Below are positions 9,804 through 21,348 of a stretch of DNA of 64,000 bases, one piece after another (the stretch's first letter is position 1; each line of letters opens with the position of its first letter). Origin of the DNA: an uncultured delta proteobacterium (GTDB taxonomy: Bacteria > Desulfobacterota > Desulfobacteria > Desulfobacterales > B30-G6); assembly GCA_963823335.1 (NCBI GenBank), contig CAWGLD010000001.1, positions 1,888,001 to 1,952,000 on the forward strand, given 5' to 3'. Made by a program: the position numbers and the translations under genes. The notes under the pieces were generated by a model. The model worked only from the letters and a program-made list of their open reading frames with translations. It was not told where the DNA came from and did no database searches.

Positions 9804-11144
9804 ATGCCTGCCAAAATATTGATTATCGATGACGATAAAAGCCTGCTGCGGGTGACGGAATACAATTTAAGCGATGTCGGTTTTATGGTGGACACGGCAG
9901 CTTCAGGTATCGCTGGTTTGGAAAAATTCAGGAAGAACCTGCCGGACCTGGTTATCACGGATGTCAAACTGGGCGACATGACCGGTCTGGAGGTTTTAGA
10001 ATCCATCAAACGGGAATCACCTGATACCCCGGTAATTGTCTTCACGGCCTTTGGATCCATCGATCTGGCTGTAAGGGCCATGCAAAAAGGGGCTTTCCAT
10101 TTTATCACCAAACCCTTTGATCGGGAGACCTTGAGGCAGTCCTGCTGGAAAGCGCTGGAACTGCGGACACTCAAAGAACAGAATCGATTTCTTTCGGCGG
10201 AGGTTGACCGCCTTACCGGCACAACCGGGATCGAAACCGCTAGTGCCACCATGCGTGACCTTCTGGATACCGCCATCAAGGTTGCAAACAGCGAAGCGAC
10301 CGTGCTGATCACGGGGGAGTCCGGTACTGGAAAAGAGGTTCTGGCCCGTTTGATCCACATGAGCAGTCATCGCGGGGGTCATCCCATGGTCACTGTCAAT
10401 TGTGCGGCCATTCCGGAAAATTTGATTGAAAGTGAGTTGTTTGGCCATGTAAAGGGGGCCTTCACAGGTGCCATCGCTGATAGAAAAGGACGATTTCAGG
10501 CAGCATCCACTGGAACACTCTTTCTGGACGAAATTGCAGAGCTCAAACTCGACATGCAGGCCAAACTGCTGCGGGTGATTCAGGAGCGGGAAGTGGAACC
10601 CGTGGGATCTGAAAAGCGTGAAACAGTTGACATCAGAATCGTTGCCGCCACCAACAAGGACCTGGTGCATCTGGTTCAGAAAGGAATGTTTCGTGAAGAT
10701 CTTTTCTATCGTCTCAGTGTGATCCCCCTCCACATTCCACCACTGCGGGAGCGTACGGAAGATATCGAACAACTGCTATCTCATTTTCTGAAACAGTTTA
10801 ATGCACCCCCTGGCGTGCATTTCAGCCAGTCAGCCCTGACTGAGATGAAGATGTATGACTGGCCCGGAAATATCCGTGAGCTGCAGAATATGGTGGAGCG
10901 GTGTGTGATCCTGAGACAAGACCTCGCCATCGGGGTATCCGATCTGAAACTCAAGCCCATGGATACCTGCAAAGAAACAGAGATTCCCGAGATTCCCGCC
11001 GGCGGTCTTTCGCTCGAATCCATGGAAAAAGGACTTGTCCTTAAAGCACTTCAAAAGAGTGGTGGAAACCGGTCGGAAGCTGCCAGGCTTCTGCATATCC
11101 CCAGGCATGTGCTGATATACCGTATCGAAAAATATGGGTTATAG
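9804..11144 (+). CDS. Sigma-54-dependent response regulator (NtrC family)
   Basis: REC domain (ILIIDDD), GESGTGKE Walker A, GAFTGA, WPGNIREL, Fis-type HTH. Confidence 0.95.
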   Translation: MPAKILIIDDDKSLLRVTEYNLSDVGFMVDTAASGIAGLEKFRKNLPDLVITDVKLGDMTGLEVLESIKRESPDTPVIVFTAFGSIDLAVRAMQKGAFHFITKPFDRETLRQSCWKALELRTLKEQNRFLSAEVDRLTGTTGIETASATMRDLLDTAIKVANSEATVLITGESGTGKEVLARLIHMSSHRGGHPMVTVNCAAIPENLIESELFGHVKGAFTGAIADRKGRFQAASTGTLFLDEIAELKLDMQAKLLRVIQEREVEPVGSEKRETVDIRIVAATNKDLVHLVQKGMFREDLFYRLSVIPLHIPPLRERTEDIEQLLSHFLKQFNAPPGVHFSQSALTEMKMYDWPGNIRELQNMVERCVILRQDLAIGVSDLKLKPMDTCKETEIPEIPAGGLSLESMEKGLVLKALQKSGGNRSEAARLLHIPRHVLIYRIEKYGL

Positions 11145-11263
11145 CCCAGCAATGTACCATAGCCGCTCAAGCAATTTCGGAACCAAAGGATTTGCATCAA
11201 ATGACTTGATATGATATTTGGTTCTTCTCCAAAAAGACAGTGCAACCCAGAAAGGATATCCGT

Positions 11264-12184
11264 ATGGGCAAGGTCATCCTAACAGCAGCGATTACCGGAG
11301 GGATTCATACGCCAAGCATGTCTCCCCATCTTCCGATTACACCCCAGCAGATCGTTGACGATGCGGTGGGTGCCTGGCAAGCTGGCGCCGCCATTGTCCA
11401 CATCCACGCCCGTGACCCGGAAACCGGCAAACCGTCATCCGATACAAGGCTGTTTGGAGAAATTATTTCCCAAATCAAGACCCGATCCGATCTCGTGGTT
11501 TGTATTACCACTGGCGGTGGGTTGGGTCAGACAACTGAGGAGCGGGTTGCCGCGGTCAAGGCATACAGCCCGGAACTTGCATCACTCAATGCGGGATCTC
11601 TCAACTTTGCCCTTTTTCATGCCCTGGATGCTTACAAAGAATTCAAACATGATTGGGAAAACACATATCTGAATATGACGGAAGATTATATTTTCCCAAA
11701 CACGTTCAGGACATTGCGAGAATTTAATCAGCACTTCAGCAAGGAAGGCACAAAACCCGAGTTTGAGGTCTATGATGTCGGGATGATAAACAACCTGGCA
11801 TTTCTTATTGAAAAGGGTCATGTTAAAAAACCGGTATATATCCAGTTTGTGATGGGGATTCTGGGTGGTATTCCGGCTACGATGAATAATCTGCAATTTC
11901 TGTACAATACCGCCAGGGATGCCATCGGGGATTTTCAGTGGTCGGTGTGTGCTGCCGGAAAACACCAGTTCAGAATGTGTACCGGTGCCCTGCTTATGGG
12001 AGGCAATGCAAGGGTGGGGCTCGAGGACAATCTTTTCCTGGAGAAGGGTGTGAAGGCCAAAAGCAGTGCCGAACAAGTGGCGAAGATCGTTCGAATCGCC
12101 AGGGAACTGGGTGTCGAGCCGGCAACACCTGACGAGGCGCGTCAACTGTTGCATCTCAAAGGACTGGATAAGGTCCGGTTCTAG
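11264..12184 (+). CDS. Beta-keto acid cleavage enzyme (3-keto-5-aminohexanoate cleavage family, DUF849)
   Basis: ILTAAITG, GAAIVHIHARDP, TTGG, RVGLEDN, ATPDEAR motifs. Confidence 0.92.
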   Translation: MGKVILTAAITGGIHTPSMSPHLPITPQQIVDDAVGAWQAGAAIVHIHARDPETGKPSSDTRLFGEIISQIKTRSDLVVCITTGGGLGQTTEERVAAVKAYSPELASLNAGSLNFALFHALDAYKEFKHDWENTYLNMTEDYIFPNTFRTLREFNQHFSKEGTKPEFEVYDVGMINNLAFLIEKGHVKKPVYIQFVMGILGGIPATMNNLQFLYNTARDAIGDFQWSVCAAGKHQFRMCTGALLMGGNARVGLEDNLFLEKGVKAKSSAEQVAKIVRIARELGVEPATPDEARQLLHLKGLDKVRF

Positions 12185-12222
12185 GCCGTGCTAGGTATAG
12201 ATAAATATTGAAAGGAGTGATC

Positions 12223-14178
<1,956 letters not shown>

Positions 14179-14199
14179 AACCTATCTTTAAAGTATCTT

Positions 14200-15145
14200 T
14201 TGCCCAATCGTTCTCCTGTATCTGCGAATAATCTTGTGGGTATTCGTCCAAGCATTGGACTCGTAAGTCGTAATGGAATCATCCCCTATTCCTTTACCCA
14301 GGACACGGCAGGACCCATCTGCAGGACGGTTGAGGATGCTGTGCGCGTGTTGGATGTGATTGCGGGGTATGATCAAGCAGATGACGAAACAGCCTGGTCC
14401 ATCAATCGAAAACCAATATCTTATATGGGGTGTTTGAAAGAGGATGGACTTAAAGAGAAACGCATTGGTGTCCTGGAAAGTTTCTTTGGTATGGATGCTA
14501 TTCATAAAGATACGAACAAGGCTGTGAAAAGCAGTATTGAGACCATGCAAAAACAAGGTGCCGAGATGGTATCTTTAAACGGCAGAGATTGATTCCGACC
14601 ATCTTGTCAATGACGTCAGTGTTCACCTGCACGATCTTAAAGATCATCTGAACGTTTACCTGGGAGATCTTCCAGAGCAGGCTTGCGTCCATTCGGTTGA
14701 AGAAATTCTGGTGTCAGGTAAATACCATGCAGGTATCGAAGAAAACTTGAAGAAGGCAATGGTTTTAAGTACCGGGACAGCGGAGTACAATAAACGACTT
14801 GTCGAAAGAAATAAGCTTCAAACCCGGGTTATGAAACTGATTGCCGATTACCAGTTGGATGCACTGGTTTATCCACATCAAAAGCAGTTGGTATGCAAGG
14901 TTGGTGGAAGCCAAAATGAGCGCAATGGGGTTTTAGGCTCTGTAACGGGATTTCCGTCAATCTGTGTTCAGGCCGGCTTTTCAACCCCTTCGGAAACAGC
15001 ACCCATTGGTGTACCCATCGGCATGGAAATTTTAGGGCGACCTTTCAGTGAAGCAACGCTCATCGAAATCGCCTATGGTTTTGAACAGGCAACACACCAC
15101 CGTAAGCCACCATTAAGTGTGCCACCACTTGGCGGCAAAACTTGA
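14200..15145 (+). pseudogene. Amidase-signature family remnant (N-terminally truncated, frameshift near 14590)
   Basis: Begins at RSPVSANNLVGIRPSIGLVSR and ends ...PIGMEILGRPFSEATLIEIAYGFEQAT; catalytic Lys and GGSS region absent. Confidence 0.8.
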
Positions 15146-15158
15146 TCATAAAGGAACA

Positions 15159-16769
15159 ATGATGAATTCAATTCGCGATAATCACAACGCAAACAAGGTT
15201 GTTGTGCCGCAGGATGCAAAAAAACTGCTCCTGTCGGTTATTCGGTCCGGTGACCGGGTCGTTCTGGAGGGAAACAATCAGAAACAGGCCTTGTTTCTTT
15301 CAAAACAGCTGGTGGATTTGTCCGCATCGGATATCAAGGATCTGCATATCCTGATGTCGTCGGTAACCCTGGACGAGCACCTGGATCTTTTCCGAAAGGG
15401 GATTGCTTCCAGACTCGACTTTGCCTTTTCAGGACAGCAGGCGGTGCCCCTGGCAAAGCTTGTTCAGGACGGAAGGGTTGTTATCGGGTCGATTCATACC
15501 TATTCCGAGCTGTTTAGCCGCTATTTTACGGATCTGACACCCAATGTCGCATTGGTTTGCGCGGAAACGGCAGATGCCCAAGGCAATTTATACACCGCTG
15601 GCAATTCAGAGGAGACACCGGTTTTGTGCGAAGCGACTCATTTTGGTAAGGGGATCGTCATTGCCCAGGTCACAAAAATAGTGGAAAAGGTGCCGCGTGT
15701 GGATATTCCCGGAGATCAGATCGACTTCGTGATCCCCACGGGTGAGCCCAACCAGATTCAGGCTCTCTTTACCAGGGATCCCGCCCATCTCACCACGACC
15801 CATGTGCTCATGGCACTGATGGTAATAAAAGGTATCTACGCCGAGTACGGGGTCCAGTGTCTGAATCATGGCATCGGCTATGCAACGGCAGCCATTGAAC
15901 TCCTTTTACCGACCTTTGCCATGGACCTCGGTCTTAAGAGAAAGATCTGCTCCCACTGGGCCCTCAACCCCCACCCCACGTTAATTCCCGCCATCGAGTC
16001 CGGTATGGTGAAATCCATCTATTCTTTTGGAAGCGAGCCGGGAATGGACGACTACATTGCAGCAAGAAAAGACATTTTTTTTACTTCCCCGGACGGTGTG
16101 CTCAAGTCGAGCCGCTGCCTGGCTCAGCTTGTCGGATATTACGATTGCGAGTGTTTTGTCGGCGCAACGCTCCAGATCGATCCCGACGGTAACAGCTCGA
16201 CAGCCATAAGCGGACGCATCAGCGGGTTCGGGGGAGCGCCCAACCTGGGGTCGAACGCAACCGGCCGCCGTCACGTTACGCCTGCCTGGTTAAAAGTGGG
16301 CCAGGAAATTTCTGCTGCCGGTGGTAGTGGAAAGATTAAACGTGGCCACAAGCTGATCGTGCAGCTCACGCCGACTGTCAGTGCCAAAAAGGACATTCCG
16401 GTCTTTGTAAAATACCTGGATGCCACCCTGATGGCCGATCAGGGCTTGTTCGAGCTTCCTCCGGTGATGATTTATGGAGATGACATCACCCATATCGTCA
16501 CGGAGAAAGGAATTGCCTACCTGTGCCGGTGCGGTAGTCTCGAAGAACGCCGCGCCGCTATTCGTGCCATAGCCGGCCGGACGCCTGTGGGAGAAGAAGA
16601 GGTTGCTTCAGAAACGGAGGCACTCCGGAAAAAAAGAGCCGTGGCCTACCCCGAGGACCTGAACATTCAAGCTGAAATGGTGTCGAGGGACATGCTTGCG
16701 GCAAAGAACATGCAGGACCTTGTGGATATCTCGGGAGAGCTTTACCGACCACCCCGGAAGTTTCTATGA
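15159..16769 (+). CDS. mdcA: Malonate decarboxylase alpha subunit (acetyl-S-ACP:malonate ACP transferase family)
   Basis: GDRVVLEGNNQKQA, IHTY.EL..RYF.DLTP, LNHGIG, LNPHPTLIP, GFGGAPN, PVMIYGDD. Confidence 0.9.
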   Translation: MMNSIRDNHNANKVVVPQDAKKLLLSVIRSGDRVVLEGNNQKQALFLSKQLVDLSASDIKDLHILMSSVTLDEHLDLFRKGIASRLDFAFSGQQAVPLAKLVQDGRVVIGSIHTYSELFSRYFTDLTPNVALVCAETADAQGNLYTAGNSEETPVLCEATHFGKGIVIAQVTKIVEKVPRVDIPGDQIDFVIPTGEPNQIQALFTRDPAHLTTTHVLMALMVIKGIYAEYGVQCLNHGIGYATAAIELLLPTFAMDLGLKRKICSHWALNPHPTLIPAIESGMVKSIYSFGSEPGMDDYIAARKDIFFTSPDGVLKSSRCLAQLVGYYDCECFVGATLQIDPDGNSSTAISGRISGFGGAPNLGSNATGRRHVTPAWLKVGQEISAAGGSGKIKRGHKLIVQLTPTVSAKKDIPVFVKYLDATLMADQGLFELPPVMIYGDDITHIVTEKGIAYLCRCGSLEERRAAIRAIAGRTPVGEEEVASETEALRKKRAVAYPEDLNIQAEMVSRDMLAAKNMQDLVDISGELYRPPRKFL

Positions 16770-16811
16770 GTAGCGAATAGCCATCCGTACAACGATGTAT
16801 GTATATTTATC

Positions 16812-16840
16812 TTGACATACCATCTCCGATTATATATTAT
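16812..16840 (+). promoter_or_regulatory. Sigma-70-type promoter about 280 nt upstream of the acidic protein/kamA cluster
   Basis: TTGACA-N17-TATTAT. Confidence 0.55.
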
Positions 16841-17123
16841 CCGCCGTCCAAAATGAGTGATGCCGTTGTAACCTTGAGCTCTTTTTATTAATTTGCCAAT
16901 TATATTAAACTGTTATGTTTTTTCTGGCGTGGCGAATGACCGGTTCCGAAGTTGCCGGTTTCTTAAAAGGAACTTGGGGTTTGTTGGTTTTGGGATAAAT
17001 TGCCAGTATATATAATTAAAACAGAATGTTAAATTAAAACAGTCGCTATGCTATCAATTTGCAGAAAAAATCAACGCCGTTGGTTTGTGGACGGGCAGGA
17101 AACTGGTCGAGCAGGGAGGTTAT

Positions 17124-17471
17124 ATGAGAAAGGGGCATAAAACTGACACCATCATCGGTTATGTGGGCGAGACGGAAGATGACGATAGTATCAGACTGAC
17201 GATATTTGCGGAAGAAGAGGACTATCTGGTCGAGATGAACAAGCAGGGAAAGAAACTGCTGCAAGTGTTGGATTCCGAAGTCAAGGCTACCGGGGAAATT
17301 GAGCAGGACAGCGATGGCAGAAACGTGATTTGCATCACGAAATTCGAGATAATCGATGACGATTATACCGATGAAAATTTTGACGATGAAAATTACGATG
17401 ATGACGATGACGATTTCGATGACGGTGATGCCGATGATTACAACGACCATGGGGACGATTGGATCGAATGA
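17124..17471 (+). CDS. Small hypothetical protein with an Asp-rich C-terminal tail
   Basis: GGAGGT SD before ATG; globular N-terminal ~75 aa followed by DDDYTDENFDDENYDDDDDDFDDGDADDYNDHGDDWIE. Confidence 0.8.
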   Translation: MRKGHKTDTIIGYVGETEDDDSIRLTIFAEEEDYLVEMNKQGKKLLQVLDSEVKATGEIEQDSDGRNVICITKFEIIDDDYTDENFDDENYDDDDDDFDDGDADDYNDHGDDWIE

Positions 17472-17710
17472 CGGTTTCCCGCAAAAATCCTGTGATAACG
17501 GGTAGATACTCATGGATAAATATCTTGGCAAACCGTCTCGATTGCAGAAATTAAAAAAATGTTTTGTTGTATTGAAAAAAAACCTTGTATTGTACCTTTG
17601 TATGATTACTCTTGCGCATTACACCCTTGCTTGAAAGATCTTGCCGATTTGTTTTCGAAGCAAGGTATAACGTTGTTCAACAAGGAATTTATTCCGAAAG
17701 AGGTTGAAAA

Positions 17711-19024
17711 ATGATACAGCAAATTACGGTCAGACCAAAAGAACGTCATACCGTTCCAAGTCAAGTTCCTCTTGCGGATGTTGAAGAGGAACCTCCAAGC
17801 CAGTGCCTTCCTTCTTTCTCCGCTCCAACCACTTTCCAACAATTATATCAAGATATTGAAACAAATAAAATCTTGTCTTTCCCCCAGTTCAAAACCGGTT
17901 TTTCCCCTGGGCGAACGCAGTTCAGACGAAAGTTCTTTCCTGGAATATCGACCAAGCAGTGGAACGACTGGCACTGGCAGGTGAGCCATCGAATCCGCAC
18001 CGAAGCCCAACTCAAAGAAATGCTGATCCTGTCTGAGGACGAGGCGCTTGCCCTAACACAGAGGCAGGCTAAATTACCTTTGGGTATTACGCCTTACTAC
18101 ATGAGCCTGGTAGCCCGGGACAATCCCATGCAAGCATTGCGGCGAACCGTCATTCCGACCTGGCAGGAAAATCTGCAGATGCCGGGGGAGGCGGACGACC
18201 CCCTTGGTGAGGAATCCCAGAGCCCGGTTCCCGGTCTGATTCACCGTTATCCGGACCGTGTGCTGCTGCTGCTGTCCGATTTTTGTTCTACCTACTGCCG
18301 GTATTGTACCCGCTCGCGCATGGTGGGGCATGGGGGAGTGACCCCCAGCCGGTCCCGCTTGGAGCGTGCTTTCGACTATATTCGGTCTAAACCTTTGGTT
18401 CGGGACGTACTCCTGTCCGGGGGTGATCCCTTACTGCTCAGTGACGAGCGACTGGCCTGGATCCTTTCACGTCTGCGCCAGATTCCGCATGTGGAGATCG
18501 TGAGGATCGGGACTAAAGTTCCGGCGGTACTGCCCCAGCGGATCACACCTCAACTGGTGCGCATACTGCGACGCTATCATCCTTTGTGGATGAGCCTGCA
18601 TTTTACCCATCCCGATGAATGCACGGCAGAGTCTTACAGGGCGTGCACACAGCTTGCCGACGGCGGTATTCCTCTGGGCTCCCAAACGGTACTTCTCAAA
18701 GGGATCAATGATGACGTGCAGATCATGACCCAGCTGGTGCATCATTTGATGAAAATGCGCGTGCGTCCCTATTATCTCTATCAGTGCGACCCCATCACAG
18801 GCTCGTCTCATTTCCGGACACCGTTGGAAAAAGGGATTGAGATTATCCGTGGAATGCGTGGTTTTACGACCGGCTATGCGATTCCAACATTTGTGGTGGA
18901 TGCTCCCGGCGGTGGCGGCAAGATTCCGCTGATGCCTGATTACATGAGTGGCCGGGATGATGACGGGTTTATTTTGAAGAACTACGAAAACAGGCTGTAT
19001 CATTATCCGGACTGCTCTGCATAA
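17711..19024 (+). CDS. kamA: KamA family radical SAM enzyme, lysine 2,3-aminomutase type
   Basis: HRYPDR, CSTYCRYCTR radical SAM motif, SGGDP, YQCD, VDAPGGGGKIP PLP-lysine motif. Confidence 0.92.
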   Translation: MIQQITVRPKERHTVPSQVPLADVEEEPPSQCLPSFSAPTTFQQLYQDIETNKILSFPQFKTGFSPGRTQFRRKFFPGISTKQWNDWHWQVSHRIRTEAQLKEMLILSEDEALALTQRQAKLPLGITPYYMSLVARDNPMQALRRTVIPTWQENLQMPGEADDPLGEESQSPVPGLIHRYPDRVLLLLSDFCSTYCRYCTRSRMVGHGGVTPSRSRLERAFDYIRSKPLVRDVLLSGGDPLLLSDERLAWILSRLRQIPHVEIVRIGTKVPAVLPQRITPQLVRILRRYHPLWMSLHFTHPDECTAESYRACTQLADGGIPLGSQTVLLKGINDDVQIMTQLVHHLMKMRVRPYYLYQCDPITGSSHFRTPLEKGIEIIRGMRGFTTGYAIPTFVVDAPGGGGKIPLMPDYMSGRDDDGFILKNYENRLYHYPDCSA

Positions 19025-19102
19025 GGAAAGTGACGCTGATTTTCACCCGGCTGTCTGTAGGGTTGGATTGTTTTGGCATTTTGACTGAGGAGAAATTGTT
19101 CG

Positions 19103-20101
19103 ATGGGTATGACAATTGGATTGACCTACGATTTGCGGTCCGAGTATCTGGCCATGGGTTTCAGTGAGGATGAAACAGCCGAGTTCGATCGGGACGACAC
19201 CATTGAAGCGATCGAGTCGGCTCTCCAGACCCTGGGTCACCGGACAGAGAGGGTGGGAAACGCAAAGCAGCTGGCGGCGGCCCTGGTGGAGAAGCGGCGC
19301 TGGGACATGGTTTTCAACATTGCCGAAGGATTGCACGGTATAGGACGTGAGGCGCAGGTGCCGGCTTTGCTGGATCTTTACGAGATTCCCTATACCTTTT
19401 CAGACCCGCTTGTCATGTCTCTGTCCCTGCACAAGGGAATGACCAAACATGTTGTACGCGATGCCGGTGTGCCAACGTCCGATTTTATCGTGGTGGCGTC
19501 TGTTCAAGATGCCGGAGCCATTTCGTTTGATCCGCCTTATTTTGTAAAGCCCGTGGCCGAAGGCACCGGCAAAGGTGTGTCGCCAGAATCCATCGTCCAG
19601 GAGCGGGAGGATCTGCCGGAAGTGTGCAAACGGTTGATCACGGCTTACGGCCAGCCCGTTCTTGTGGAATCCTTTCTACCCGGACGGGAGTTTACCGTAG
19701 CCATCCTGGGTACCGGCCGCAAAGCGTCGTCCCTGGGAACCATGGAAGTTCATCTTTTATCCAAGGCAGAGCAGGGCATCTATTCCTATGTGAACAAGAA
19801 GCTTTGGGAAGATCGGGTTAAATATGAATTGGTGCTTCCTGATGCGGACTCTGTTGTGGCCGAAGCAGAAGATGTGGCCCTCGAGGCCTGGCGGGTCTTG
19901 GGATGCCGGGATGCCGGCCGCGTGGATATCCGATGTGACCAACAGGGTGCGGCCATGTTTATAGAAGTCAATCCTTTGGCCGGCATTCACCCCAACCACT
20001 CGGATCTTCCCATCATCTGCAACCTGCAGGGGATCCCCTATGTCAATCTAATCGAGCGTATTGTCGCCTCGGCGGCACACCGTATGCGGACGGTTTCCTG
20101 A
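19103..20101 (+). CDS. D-Ala-D-Ala ligase-like ATP-grasp enzyme 1
   Basis: VFNIAEG..GREAQVPALLD..IPYTFSD, KPVAEGTGKG, LPGREFT, GRVDIR, EVNPLAG. Confidence 0.85.
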   Translation: MGMTIGLTYDLRSEYLAMGFSEDETAEFDRDDTIEAIESALQTLGHRTERVGNAKQLAAALVEKRRWDMVFNIAEGLHGIGREAQVPALLDLYEIPYTFSDPLVMSLSLHKGMTKHVVRDAGVPTSDFIVVASVQDAGAISFDPPYFVKPVAEGTGKGVSPESIVQEREDLPEVCKRLITAYGQPVLVESFLPGREFTVAILGTGRKASSLGTMEVHLLSKAEQGIYSYVNKKLWEDRVKYELVLPDADSVVAEAEDVALEAWRVLGCRDAGRVDIRCDQQGAAMFIEVNPLAGIHPNHSDLPIICNLQGIPYVNLIERIVASAAHRMRTVS

Positions 20102-21111
20102 TGCAGGTTGCTGTGGTCCACAACGCCGTTGACGAATCTGACGGACCGGACGCAAAGGACGTGCTTACACAGGTGGAAACCGTTTGTGATGCCCTGGGGG
20201 TTCTGGGCCATGACACCGAAACCATTGCCTGTACTTTAGACCTTGACCGATTTCAACGGGTCCTCACGCTAATATCTCCGGATGTCGTCTTTAACCTGGT
20301 GGAATCCCTGGCTGGAACAGGACGTCTCATTCATCTGGCCCCATTTGCGATGGATGCCATGGGTCTGCCCTATACCGGATCGAGCGCCGAACAGATTTTC
20401 ATGACATCCAACAAGGTGATGGCCAAGCATCACATGCTCGTGCAAGGCCTACCCACCCCAGTCTGGCTGGGGCCGTATCCGGAGGGCTCCCTGGGAAAAT
20501 ACCCGGTGGAGGCCGACGGAATCTGCGAGGAGACCTGGATCATCAAATCCGTGTGGGAACATGCCTCCATCGGTCTCGATGAAACCAATATCGTGAAGGG
20601 AGAAGACAAAACCAAGCTATTGTCGCTTTTAAGGCTTCGGGCCGGGAGTTTAGGTGGTTCCTGTTTTGCCGAGCGATTCGTCGATGGACGTGAATTCAAT
20701 CTTTCGCTTCTTGGCGGCAGAGCCGAAAACCCCGTGGTGCTGCCGCCTGCTGAAATTGTTTTTGAGGATTACGGCCAGGAAAAACTCCGCATCGTGGACT
20801 ATCAGGCCAAGTGGGATGAGACGTCTTTCGCCTATCAACACACCCCCAGACGGTTTGACTTCGACCCTGACGATGACCACCTGTTAGAAACCCTCAAGGG
20901 CTTGGCAAAGAAATGCTGGATCGGTTTTGGATTGAGGGGATATGCCCGGGTTGACTTTCGTGTCGATCCAGCCGGGAATCCGTGGATATTAGAGATCAAT
21001 GCAAACCCATGCCTGTCGCCGGATGCAGGCTTTGCTGCAGCCCTGGCGCAAGGGGGGCTGGCATTTTCCGAGTCGATACGGTATATTTTAGAAGATGTCC
21101 CGATATATTAG
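20101..21111 (+). CDS. D-Ala-D-Ala ligase-like ATP-grasp enzyme 2
   Basis: VFNLVES, PYTGS, KSVWEHASIG, DGREFN, YARVDFR, EINANPCL; TGATG stop/start overlap with enzyme 1. Confidence 0.85.
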   Translation: MQVAVVHNAVDESDGPDAKDVLTQVETVCDALGVLGHDTETIACTLDLDRFQRVLTLISPDVVFNLVESLAGTGRLIHLAPFAMDAMGLPYTGSSAEQIFMTSNKVMAKHHMLVQGLPTPVWLGPYPEGSLGKYPVEADGICEETWIIKSVWEHASIGLDETNIVKGEDKTKLLSLLRLRAGSLGGSCFAERFVDGREFNLSLLGGRAENPVVLPPAEIVFEDYGQEKLRIVDYQAKWDETSFAYQHTPRRFDFDPDDDHLLETLKGLAKKCWIGFGLRGYARVDFRVDPAGNPWILEINANPCLSPDAGFAAALAQGGLAFSESIRYILEDVPIY

Positions 21112-21348
21112 CCCCCATGATTGAAGAACCTGATCAACGCTGGCGCTATCATTTCAGCCTGAAGTCGCAGTTTCGCGGGTAGAGACTTATTGGGTCTCTT
21201 AACCAAAAGTTTATATATTTGGATCATCCCCTAAAGAGTTGAACCCTTTTTCCCAACTAATTGGGAGAGGGTTTATGCATTTTGTGATAAAAGATCTTTC
21301 TCCTTTCCGGTTTATCCGGGTTGGAAATTGCCAAGAGGTTTATAAACA

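Noticed and set aside
17520-17560. c-di-GMP-I riboswitch suggested by GGCAAACC upstream of kamA
   Set aside because: Lacks the GAAA tetraloop stem and the downstream GCAAAG element
17711-19024. EpmB-type EF-P beta-lysylation system
   Set aside because: No efp or epmA nearby, and the DAPGGGGK motif is KamA-type
19103-21111. Cell-wall ddl or van-type resistance ligases
   Set aside because: Canonical Ddl N-terminal motif is missing and there are no mur, fts or van neighbours
21117-21182. Short ORF MIEEPDQRWRYHFS... as a leader peptide or GNAT stub
   Set aside because: Only 21 codons, no clear SD and no recognisable motif
21306-21325. CCGGTTTATCCGGGTT-like motifs (also near 35626, 48856, 53148) as IS ends
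   Set aside because: Short, degenerate, unpaired and with no transposase in the window
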